The notes beneath the pieces are model-generated. The model was given only the letters and a program-made list of their open reading frames with translations. It was not told the DNA's origin and searched no databases. 64,000 nucleotides of DNA from Auanema rhodensis (Eukaryota > Animalia > Nematoda): positions 15,252,001 to 15,316,000 of the forward strand of contig OZ059900.1 of assembly GCA_964057225.1 (NCBI GenBank), in the 5' to 3' direction. Numbering within the stretch: the first letter of the stretch is position 1; each line of letters starts with the position of its first letter. A program made the position numbers and the translations under genes. Below are positions 1 through 12,653 of the stretch, piece after piece.

Positions 1-342
1 TAGAAAAATACAAAAACACAGTATTTCCCATGAGAAATATTTTATTATGCTGGAAAACCAGTTTTTGGAAATTTCGCTGTAAACAAGGTTTTGACTTACG
101 ATTTCATGTGTTCAAACTCATGCAATGTCAATGAAACCTAGCTCAAAATTGTTCCTACAACGTCTAGTTCCACTTTCACGACAAAAAAACAGGGGTTAGA
201 AAATTAAGGAAATTAGCATATTCTGAGGGCACGCCCCTTATGGCTAATATTGATTAAATCGATTTTTGTTCATATGAGTCGTCAAATGCAACGAATTTCA
301 GCGTGTTACATACTAAAATGAAACATTTTACATGCTGAACAC
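1..342. repeat. Representative 342-bp monomer (phase arbitrary); near consensus except A at 323, where consensus is G
   Basis: Direct comparison with following copies. Contains single ClaI (ATCGAT) and NdeI (CATATG) sites and many A/T tracts of 4-7 nt. Confidence 0.97.
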
Positions 343-3300
343 TAGAAAAATACAAAAACACAGTATTTCCCATGAGAAATATTTTATTATGCTGGAAAAC
401 CAGTTTTTGGAAATTTCGCTGTAAACAAGGTTTTGACTTACGATTTCATGTGTTCAAACTCATGCAATGTCAATGAAACCTAGCTCAAAATTGTTCCTAC
501 AACGTCTAATTCCACTTTCACGACAAAAAAACCGGGGTTAGAAAATTAAGGAAATTAGCATATTCTGAGGGCACGCCCCTTATGGCTAATATTGATTAAA
601 TCGATTTTTGTTCATATGAGTCGTCAAATGCAACGAATTTCAGCGTGTTACATACTAAAATGAAGCATTTCACATGCTGAACACTAGAAAAATACAAAAA
701 CACAGTATTTCCCATGAGAAATATTTTATTATGCTGGAAAACCAGTTTTTGGAAATTTCGCTGTAAACAAGGTTTTGACTTACGATTTCATGTGTTCAAA
801 CTCATGCAATGTCAATGAAACCTAGCTCAAAATTGTTCCTACAACGTCTAGTTCCACTTTCACGACAAAAAAACAGGGGTTAGAAAATTAAGGAAATTAG
901 CATATTCTGAGGGCACGCCCCTTATGGCTAATATTGATTAAATCGATTTTTGTTCATATGAGTAGTCAAATGCAACGAATTTCAGCGTGTTACATACTAA
1001 AATGAAGCATTTCACATGCTGAACACTAGAAAAATACAAAAACACAGTATTTCCCATGAGAAATATTTTATTATGCTGGAAAACCAGTTTTTGGAAATTT
1101 CGCTGTAAACAAGGTTTTGACTTACGATTTCATGTGTTCAAACTCATGCAATGTCAATGAAACCTAGCTCAAAATTGTTCCTACAACGTCTAATTCCACT
1201 TTCACGACAAAAAAACCGGGGTTAGAAAATTAAGGAAATTAGCATATTCTGAGGGCACGCCCCTTATGGTTAATATTGATTAAATCGATTTTTGTTCATA
1301 TGAGTAGTCAAATGCAACGAATTTCAGCGTGTTACATACTAAAATGAAGCATTTTACATGCTGAACACTAGAAAAATACAAAAACACAGTATTTCTCATG
1401 AGAAATATTTTATTATGCTGGAAAACCAGTTTTTGGAAATTTCGCTGTAAACAAGGTTTTGACTTACGATTTCATGTGTTCAAAGTCATGCAATGTCAAT
1501 GAAACCTAGCTCAAAATTGTTTGTACAACGTCTAGTTCCACTTTCACGACAAAAAAACAGGGGTTAGAAAATTAAGGAAATTAGCATATTCTGAGGGCAC
1601 GCCCCTTATGGCTAATATTGATTAAATCGATTTTTGTTCATATGAGTAGTCAAATGCAACGAATTTCAGCGTGTTACATACTAAAATGAAGCATTTTACA
1701 TGCTGAACACTAGAAAAATACAAAAACACAGTATTTCCCATGAGAAATATTTTATTATGCTGGAAAACCAGTTTTTGGAAATTTCGCTGTAAACAAGGTT
1801 TTGACTTACGATTTCATGTGTTCAAACTCATGCAATGTCAATGAAACCTAGCTCAAAATTGTTCCTACAACGTCTAGTTCCACTTTCACGACAAAAAAAC
1901 CGGGGTTAGAAAATTAAGGAAATTAGCATATTCTGAGGGCACGCCCCTTATGGCTAATATTGATTAAATCGATTTTTGTTCATATGAGTCGTCAAATGCA
2001 ACGAATTTCAGCGTGTTACATACTAAAATGAAGCATTTTACATGCTGAACACTAGAAAAATACAAAAACACAGTATTTCTCATGAGAAATATTTTATTAT
2101 GCTGGAAAACCAGTTTTTGGAAATTTCGCTGTAAACAAGGTTTTGACTTACGATTTCATGTGTTCAAAGTCATGCAATGTCAATGAAACCTAGCTCAAAA
2201 TTGTTTGTACAACGTCTAGTTCCACTTTCACGACAAAAAAACAGGGGTTAGAAAATTAAGGAAATTAGCATATTCTGAGGGCACGCCCCTTATGGCTAAT
2301 ATTGATTAAATCGATTTTTGTTCATATGAGTAGTCAAATGCAACGAATTTCAGCGTGTTACATACTAAAATGAAGCATTTTACATGCTGAACACTAGAAA
2401 AATACAAAAACACAGTATTTCCCATGAGAAATATTTTATTATGCTGGAAAACCAGTTTTTGGAAATTTCGCTGTAAACAAGGTTTTGACTTACGATTTCA
2501 AGTGTTCAAACTCATGCAATGTCAATGAAACCTAGCTCAAAATTGTTCCTACAACGTCTAATTCCACTTTCACGACAAAAAAACCGGGGTTAGAAAATTA
2601 AGGAAATTAGCATATTCTGAGGGCACGCCCCTTATGGCTAATATTGATTAAATCGATTTTTGTTCATATGAGTCGTCAAATGCAACGAATTTCAGCGTGT
2701 TACATACTAAAATGAAGCATTTCACATGCTGAACACTAGAAAAATACAAAAACACAGTATTTCCCATGAGAAATATTTTATTATGCTGGAAAACCAGTTT
2801 TTGGAAATTTCGCTGTAAACAAGGTTTTGACTTACGATTTCATGTGTTCAAACTCATGCAATGTCAATGAAACCTAGCTCAAAATTGTTTGTACAACGTC
2901 TAGTTCCACTTTCACGACAAAAAAACAGGGGTTAGAAAATTAAGGAAATTAGCATATTCTGAGGGCACGCCCCTTATGGCTAATATTGATTAAATCGATT
3001 TTTGTTCATATGAGTCGTCAAATGCAACGAATTTCAGCGTGTTACATACTAAAATGAAGCATTTCACATGCTGAACACTAGAAAAATACAAAAACACAGT
3101 ATTTCCCATGAGAAATATTTTATTATGCTGGAAAACCAGTTTTTGGAAATTTCGCTGTAAACAAGGTTTTGACTTACGATTTCATGTGTTCAAACTCATG
3201 CAATGTCAATGAAACCTAGCTCAAAATTGTTCCTACAACGTCTAGTTCCACTTTCACGACAAAAAAACAGGGGTTAGAAAATTAAGGAAATTAGCATATT

Positions 3301-6300
3301 CTGAGGGCACGCCCCTTATGGCTAATATTGATTAAATCGATTTTTGTTCATATGAGTCGTCAAATGCAACGAATTTCAGCGTGTTACATACTAAAATGAA
3401 GCATTTTACATGCTGAACACTAGAAAAATACAAAAACACAGTATTTCCCATGAGAAATATTTTATTATGCTGGAAAACCAGTTTTTGGAAATTTCGCTGT
3501 AAACAAGGTTTTGACTTACGATTTCATGTGTTCAAACTCATGCAATGTCAATGAAACCTAGCTCAAAATTGTTCCTACAACGTCTAGTTCCACTTTCACG
3601 ACAAAAAAACAGGGGTTAGAAAATTAATGAAATTAGCATATTCTGAGGGCACGCCCCTTATGGCTAATATTGATTAAATCGATTTTTGTTCATATGAGTC
3701 GTCAAATGCAACGAATTTCATCGTGTTACATACTAAAATGAAGCATTTTACATGCTGAACACTAGAAAAATACAAAAACACAGTATTTCTCATGAGAAAT
3801 ATTTTATTATGCTGGAAAACCAGTTTTTGGAAATTTCGCTGTAAACAAGGTTTTGACTTACGATTTCATGTGTTCAAACTCATGCAATGTCAATGAAACC
3901 TAGCTCAAAATTGTTCCTACAACGTCTGTTTCCACTTTCACGACAAAAAAACAGGGGTTAGAAAATTAAGGAAATTAGCATATTCTGAGGGCACGCCCCT
4001 TATGGCTAATATTGATTAAATCGATTTTTGTTCATATGAGTCGTCAAATGCAACGAATTTCAGCGTGTTACATACTAAAATGAAGCATTTCACATGCTGA
4101 ACACTAGAAAAATACAAAAACACAGTATTTCCCATGAGAAATATTTTATTATGCTGGAAAACCAGTTTTTGGAAATTTCGCTGTAAACAAGGTTTTGACT
4201 TACGATTTCATGTGTTCAAACTCATGCAATGTCAATGAAACCTAGCTCAAAATTGTTCCTACAACGTCTAGTTCCACTTTCACGACAAAAAAACAGGGGT
4301 TAGAAAATTAAGGAAATTAGCATATTCTGAGGGCACGCCCCTTATGGCTAATATTGATTAAATCGATTTTTGTTCATATGAGTCGTCAAATGCAACGAAT
4401 TTCAGCGTGTTACATACTAAAATGAAGCATTTTACATGCTGAACACTAGAAAAATACAAAAACACAGTATTTCTCATGAGAAATATTTTATTATGCTGGA
4501 AAACCAGTTTTTGGAAATTTCGCTGTAAACAAGGTTTTGACTTACGATTTCATGTGTTCAAACTCATGCAATGTCAATGAAACCTAGCTCAAAATTGTTT
4601 GTACAACGTCTAGTTCCACTTTCACGACAAAAAAACAGGGGTTAGAAAATTAAGGAAATTAGCATATTCTGAGGGCACGCCCCTTATGGCTAATATTGAT
4701 TAAATCGATTTTTGTTCATATGAGTCGTCAAATGCAACGAATTTCAGCGTGTTACATACTAAAATGAAGCATTTTACATGCTGAACACTAGAAAAATACA
4801 AAAACACAGTATTTCCTATGAGAAATATTTTATTATGCTGGAAAACCAGTTTTTGGAAATTTCGCTGTAAACAAGGTTTTGACTTACGATTTCATGTGTT
4901 CAAACTCATGCAATGTCAATGAAACCTAGCTCAAAATTGTTCCTACAACGTCTAGTTCCACTTTCACGACAAAAAAACAGGGGTTAGAAAATTAATGAAA
5001 TTAGCATATTCTGAGGGCACGCCCCTTATGGCTAATATTGATTAAATCGATTTTTGTTCATATGAGTCGTCAAATGCAACGAATTTCATCGTGTTACATA
5101 CTAAAATGAAGCATTTTACATGCTGAACACTAGAAAAATACAAAAACACAGTATTTCTCATGAGAAATATTTTATTATGCTGGAAAACCAGTTTTTGGAA
5201 ATTTCGCTGTAAACAAGGTTTTGACTTACGATTTCATGTGTTCAAACTCATGCAATGTCAATGAAACCTAGCTCAAAATTGTTTGTACAACGTCTAGTTC
5301 CACTTTCACGACAAAAAAACAGGGGTTAGAAAATTAAGGAAATTAGCATATTCTGAGGGCACGCCCCTTATGGCTAATATTGATTAAATCGATTTTTGTT
5401 CATATGAGTAGTCAAATGCAACGAATTTCAGCGTGTTACATACTAAAATGAAGCATTTTACATGCTGAACACTAGAAAAATACAAAAACACAGTATTTCC
5501 CATGAGAAATATTTTATTATGCTGGAAAACCAGTTTTTGGAAATTTCGCTGTAAACAAGGTTTGACTTACGATTTCATGTGTTCAAACTCATGCAATGTC
5601 AATGAAACCTAGCTCAAAATTGTTCCTACAACGTCTAATTCCACTTTCACGACAAAAAAACCGGGGTTAGAAAATTAAGGAAATTAGCATATTCTAAGGG
5701 CACGCCCCTTATGGCTAATATTGATTAAATCGATTTTTGTTCATATGAGTCGTCAAATGCAACGAATTTCAGCGTGTTACATACTAAAATGAAGCATTTT
5801 ACATGCTGAACACTAGAAAAATACAAAAACACAGTATTTCCTATGAGAAATATTTTATTATGCTGGAAAACCAGTTTTTGGAAATTTCGCTGTAAACAAG
5901 GTTTTGACTTACGATTTCATGTGTTCAAACTCATGCAATGTCAATGAAACCTAGCTCAAAATTGTTCCTACAACGTCTAGTTCCACTTTCACGACAAAAA
6001 AACAGGGGTTAGAAAATTAATGAAATTAGCATATTCTGAGGGCACGCCCCTTATGGCTAATATTGATTAAATCGATTTTTGTTCATATGAGTCGTCAAAT
6101 GCAACGAATTTCATCGTGTTACATACTAAAATGAAGCATTTTACATGCTGAACACTAGAAAAATACAAAAACACAGTATTTCTCATGAGAAATATTTTAT
6201 TATGCTGGAAAACCAGTTTTTGGAAATTTCGCTGTAAACAAGGTTTTGACTTACGATTTCATGTGTTCAAACTCATGCAATGTCAATGAAACCTAGCTCA

Positions 6301-8891
6301 AAATTGTTCCTACAACGTCTGTTTCCACTTTCACGACAAAAAAACAGGGGTTAGAAAATTAAGGAAATTAGCATATTCTGAGGGCACGCCCCTTATGGCT
6401 AATATTGATTAAATCGATTTTTGTTCATATGAGTCGTCAAATGCAACGAATTTCAGCGTGTTACATACTAAAATGAAGCATTTTACATGCTGAACACTAG
6501 AAAAATACAAAAACACAGTATTTCCCATGAGAAATATTTTATTATGCTGGAAAACCAGTTTTTGGAAATTTCGCTGTAAACAAGGTTTTGACTTACGATT
6601 TCATGTGTTCAAACTCATGCAATGTCAATGAAACCTAGCTCAAAATTGTTTGTACAACGTCTGTTTCCACTTTCACGACAAAAAAACAGGGGTTAGAAAA
6701 TTAAGGAAATTAGCATATTCTGAGGGCACGCCCCTTATGGCTAATATTGATTAAATCGATTTTTGTTCATATGAGTCGTCAAATGCAACGAATTTCAGCG
6801 TGTTAAATACTAAAATGAAACATTTTACATGCTGAACAGTAGAAAAATACAAAAACACAGTATTTCCCATGAGAAATATTTTATTATGCTGGAAAACCAG
6901 TTTTTGGAAATTTCGCTGTAAACAAGGTTTTGACTTACGATTTCATGTGTTCAAACTCATGCAATGTCAATGAAACCTAGCTCAAAATTGTTCCTTCAAC
7001 GTCTAGTTCCACTTTCACGACAAAAAAACGGGGGTTAGAAAATTAATGAAATCAGCATATTCTGAGGGCACGCCCCTTATGGCTAATATTGATTAAATCG
7101 ATTTTTGTTCATATGAGTCGTCAAATGCAACGAATTTCATCGTGTTACATACTAAAATGAAGCATTTTACATGCTGAACACTAGAAAACTACAAAAACAC
7201 AGTATTTCTCATGAGAAATATTTTATTATGCTGGAAAACCAGTTTTTGGAAATTTCGCTGTAAACAAGGTTTTGACTTACGATTTCATGTGTTCAAACTC
7301 ATGCAATGTCAATGAAACCTAGCTCAAAATTGTTTGTACAACGTCTAGTTCCACTTTCACGACAAAAAAACAGGGGTTAGAAAATTAAGGAAATTAGCAT
7401 ATTCTGAGGGCACGCCCCTTATGGCTAATATTGATTAAATCGATTTTTGTTCATATGAGTAGTCAAATGCAACGAATTTCAGCGTGTTACATACTGAAAT
7501 GAAGCATTTTACATGCTGAACACTAGAAAAATACAAAAACACAGTATTTCCCATGAGAAATATTTTATTATGCTGGAAAACCAGTTTTTGGAATTTTCGC
7601 TGTAAACAAGGTTTTGACTTACGATTTCATGTGTTCAAACTCATGCAATGTCAATGAAACCTAGCTCAAAATTGTTCGTACAACGTCTAGTTCCACTTTC
7701 ACGACAAAAAAACAGGGGTTAGAAAATTAAGGAAATTAGCATATTCTGAGGGCACGCCCCTTATGGCTAATATTGATTAAATCGATTTTTGTTCATATGA
7801 GTCGTCAAATGCAACGAATTTCAGCGTGTTACATACTAAAATGAAGCATTTTACATGGTGAACACTAGAAAAATACAAAAACACAGTATTTCCCATGAGA
7901 AATATTTTATTATGCTGGAAAACCAGTTTTTGGAAATTTCGCTGTAAACAAGGTTTTGACATACGATTTCATGTGTTCAAACTCATGCAATGTCAATGAA
8001 ACCTAGCTCAAAATTGTTCGTACAACGTCTGGTTCCACTTTCACGACAAAAAAACAGGGGTTAGAAAATTTAGGAAATTAGCATATTCTGAGGGCACGCC
8101 CCTTATGGCTAATATTGATTAAATCGATTTTTGTTCATATGAGTCGTCAAATGCAACGAATTTCAGCGTGTTACATACTAAAATGAAGTATTTTACATGC
8201 TGAACACTAGAAAAATACAAAAACACAGTATTTCCCATGAGAAATATTTTATTATGCTGGAAAACCAGTTTTTGGAATTTTCGCTGTAAACAAGGTTTTG
8301 ACTTACGATTTCATGTGTTCAAACTCATGCAATGTCAATGAAACCTAGCTCAAAATTGTTCGTACAACGTCTAGTTCCACTTTCACGACAAAAAAACAGG
8401 GGTTAGAAAATTAAGGAAATTAGCATATTCTGAGGGCACGCCCCTTATGGCTAATATTGATTAAATCGATTTTTGTTCATATGAGTCGTCAAATGCAACG
8501 AATTTCAGCGTGTTACATACTAAAATGAAGCATTTTACATGCTGAACACTAGAAAAATACAAAAACACAGTATTTCCCATGAGAAATATTTTATTATGCT
8601 GGAAAACCAGTTTTTGGAATTTTCGCTGTAAACAAGGTTTTGACTTACGATTTCATGTGTTCAAACTCATGCAATGTCAATGAAACCTAGCTCAAAATTG
8701 TTCGTACAACGTCTAGTTCCACTTTCACGACAAAAAAACAGGGGTTAGAAAATTAAGGAAATTAGCATATTCTGAGGGCACGCCCTTTATGGCTAATATT
8801 GATTAAATCGATTTTTGTTCATATGAGTCGTCAAATGCAACGAATTTCAGCGTGTTACATACTAAAATGAAGCATTTTACATGCTGAACAC

Positions 8892-11800
8892 TAGAAAAAT
8901 ACAAAAACACAGTATTTCCCATGAGAAATATTTTATTATGCTGGAAAACCAGGTTTTGGAAATTTCGCTGTAAACAAGGTTTTGACTTACGATTTCATGT
9001 GTTCAAACTCATGCAATGTCAATGAAACCTAGCTCAAAATTGTTCGTACAACGTCTAGTTCCACTTTCACGACAAAAAAACAGGGGTTAGAAAATTTAGG
9101 AAATTAGCATATTCTGAGGGCACGCCCCTTATGGCTAATATTGATTAAATCGATTTTTGTTCATATGAGTCGTCAAATGCAACGAATTTCAGCGTGTTAC
9201 ATACTAAAATGAAGCATTTCACATGCTGAACACTAGAAAAATACAAAAACACAGTATTTCCCATGAGAAATATTTTATTATGCTGGAAAACCAGTTTTTG
9301 GAAATTTCGCTGTAAACAAGTTTTTGACTTACGATTTCATGTGTTCAAACTCATGCAATGTCAATGAAACCTAGCTCAAAATTGTTCCTACAACGTCTAG
9401 TTCCACTTTCACGACAAAAAAACAGGGGTTAGAAAATTAAGGAAATTAGCATATTCTGAGGGCACGCCTCTTATGGCTAATATTGATTAAATCGATTTTT
9501 GTTCATATGAGTCGTCAAATGCAACGAATTTCAGCGTGTTACATACTAAAATGAAGCATTTTACATGCTGAACACTATAAAAATACAAAAACACAGTATT
9601 TCCCATGAGAAATATTTTATTATGCTGGAAAACCAGTTTTTGGAAATTTCGCTGTAAACAAGGTTTTGACTTACGATTTCATGTGTTCAAACTCATGCAA
9701 TGTCAATGAAACCTAGCTCAAAATTGTTCCTACAACGTCTAGTTCCACTTTCACGACAAAAAACAGGGGTTAGAAAATTAAGGAAATTAGCATATTCTGA
9801 GGGCACGCCTCTTATGGCTAATATTGATTAAATCGATTTTTGTTCATATGAGTCGTCAAATGCAACGAATTTCAGCGTGTTACATACTAAAATGAAGCAT
9901 TTTACATGCTGAACACTATAAAAATACAAAAACACAGTATTTCCCATGAGAAATATTTTATTATGCTGGAAAACCAGTTTTTGGAAATTTCGCTGTAAAC
10001 AAGGTTTTGACTTACGATTTCATGTGTTCAAACTCATGCAATGTCAATGAAACCTAGCTCAAAATTGTTCCTACAACGTCTAGTTCCACTTTCACGACAA
10101 AAAAAACAGGGGTTAGAAAATTAAGGAAATTAGCATATTCTGAGGGCACGCCCCTTATGGCTAATATTGATTAAATCGATTTTTGTTCATATGAGTCGTC
10201 AAATGCAACGAATTTCAGCGTGTTACATACTAAAATGAAGCATTTTACATGCTGAACACTAGAAAAATACAAAAACACAGTATTTCCCATGAGAAATATT
10301 TTATTATGCTGGAAAACCAGTTTTTGGAAATTTCGCTGTAAACAAGGTTTTGACTTACGATTTCATGTGTTCAAACTCATGCAATGTCAATGAAACCTAG
10401 CTCAAAATTGTTCCTACAACGTCTAGTTCCACTTTCACGACAACAAAACAGGGGTTAGAAAATTAAGGAAATTAGCATATTCTGAGGGCACGCCCCTTAT
10501 GGCTAATATTGATTAAATCGATTTTTGTTCATATGAGTCGTCAAATGCAACGAATTTCAGCGTGTTACATACTAAAATGAAGCATTTTACATGCTGAACA
10601 CTAGAAAAATACAAAAACACAGTATTTCCCATGAGAAATATTTTATTATGCTGGAAAACCAGGTTTTGGAAATTTCGCTGTAAACAAGGTTTTGACTTAC
10701 GATTTCATGTGTTCAAACTCATGCAATGTCAATGAAACCTAGCTCAAAATTGTTCGTACAACGTCTAGTTCCACTTTCACGACAAAAAAACAGGGGTTAG
10801 AAAATTTAGGAAATTAGCATATTCTGAGGGCACGCCCCTTATGGCTAATATTGATTAAATCGATTTTTGTTCATATGAGTCGTCAAATGCAACGAATTTC
10901 AGCGTGTTACATACTAAAATGAAGCATTTCACATGCTGAACACTAGAAAAATACAAAAACACAGTATTTCCCATGAGAAATATTTTATTATGCTGGAAAA
11001 CCAGTTTTTGGAAATTTCGCTGTAAACAAGTTTTTGACTTACGATTTCATGTGTTCAAACTCATGCAATGTCAATGAAACCTAGCTCAAAATTGTTCCTA
11101 CAACGTCTAGTTCCACTTTCACGACAAAAAAACAGGGGTTAGAAAATTAAGGAAATTAGCATATTCTGAGGGCACGCCTCTTATGGCTAATATTGATTAA
11201 ATCGATTTTTGTTCATATGAGTCGTCAAATGCAACGAATTTCAGCGTGTTACATACTAAAATGAAGCATTTTACATGCTGAACACTATAAAAATACAAAA
11301 ACACAGTATTTCCCATGAGAAATATTTTATTATGCTGGAAAACCAGTTTTTGGAAATTTCGCTGTAAACAAGGTTTTGACTTACGATTTCATGTGTTCAA
11401 ACTCATGCAATGTCAATGAAACCTAGCTCAAAATTGTTCCTACAACGTCTAGTTCCACTTTCACGACAAAAAACAGGGGTTAGAAAATTAAGGAAATTAG
11501 CATATTCTGAGGGCACGCCTCTTATGGCTAATATTGATTAAATCGATTTTTGTTCATATGAGTCGTCAAATGCAACGAATTTCAGCGTGTTACATACTAA
11601 AATGAAGCATTTTACATGCTGAACACTATAAAAATACAAAAACACAGTATTTCCCATGAGAAATATTTTATTATGCTGGAAAACCAGTTTTTGGAAATTT
11701 CGCTGTAAACAAGGTTTTGACTTACGATTTCATGTGTTCAAACTCATGCAATGTCAATGAAACCTAGCTCAAAATTGTTCCTACAACGTCTAGTTCCACT

Positions 11801-12311
11801 TTCACGACAAAAAAAACAGGGGTTAGAAAATTAAGGAAATTAGCATATTCTGAGGGCACGCCCCTTATGGCTAATATTGATTAAATCGATTTTTGTTCAT
11901 ATGAGTCGTCAAATGCAACGAATTTCAGCGTGTTACATACTAAAATGAAGCATTTTACATGCTGAACACTAGAAAAATACAAAAACACAGTATTTCCCAT
12001 GAGAAATATTTTATTATGCTGGAAAACCAGTTTTTGGAAATTTCGCTGTAAACAAGGTTTTGACTTACGATTTCATGTGTTCAAACTCATGCAATGTCAA
12101 TGAAACCTAGCTCAAAATTGTTCCTACAACGTCTAGTTCCACTTTCACGACAACAAAACAGGGGTTAGAAAATTAAGGAAATTAGCATATTCTGAGGGCA
12201 CGCCCCTTATGGCTAATATTGATTAAATCGATTTTTGTTCATATGAGTCGTCAAATGCAACGAATTTCAGCGTGTTACATACTAAAATGAAGCATTTCAC
12301 ATGCTGAACAC
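8892..12311. repeat. Higher-order repeat: 5-mer (1710 bp) x2
   Basis: Markers recur exactly 1710 bp apart: CCAGGTTTT (~8952/10662), A6 tract (~9760/11470), A8 tract (~10100/11810), CAACAAAA (10441/12151). Confidence 0.9.
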
Positions 12312-12653
12312 TAGAAAAATACAAAAACACAGTATTTCCCATGAGAAATATTTTATTATGCTGGAAAACCAGTTTTTGGAAATTTCGCTGTAAACAAGGT
12401 TTTGACTTACGATTTCATGTGTTCAAACTCATGCAATGTCAATGAAACCTAGCTCAAAATTGTTCGTACAACGTCTAGTTCCACTTTCACGACAAAAAAA
12501 CAGGGGTTAGAAAATTGAGGAAATTAGCATAATCTGAGGGCACGCCCCTTATGGCTAATATTGATTAAATCGATTTTTGTTCATATGAGTCGTCAAATGC
12601 AATTAATTTCAGCGTGTCACATACTAAAATGAAGCATTTTACATGCTGAACAC

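Noticed and set aside
174-196. CENP-B box-like motif (TTTCACGACAAAAAAAC[A/C]GGGG)
   Set aside because: It does not fit the TTCG-N4-A-N2-CGGG core in sequence or spacing, even in the CCGGGG variant.
192-209. Telomere-like GGGGTTAG / TTAAGG (variant TTTAGG) and possible G-quadruplex
   Set aside because: These are isolated single motifs, not tandem, and there are too few G-runs for a quadruplex.
5555-5570. Single-T deletion (AAGGTTTGAC), and similarly an extra A at ~38755
   Set aside because: These are singleton homopolymer indels that cannot be distinguished from sequencing error.
7777-7962. 61-aa minus-strand ORF from the ORF track
   Set aside because: It lies wholly in satellite sequence. 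Its ATG is created by a private T>A change at 7961 (GACTTAC>GACATAC) in one monomer, it has no recognisable protein similarity, and the same frame is present without this start in other copies.
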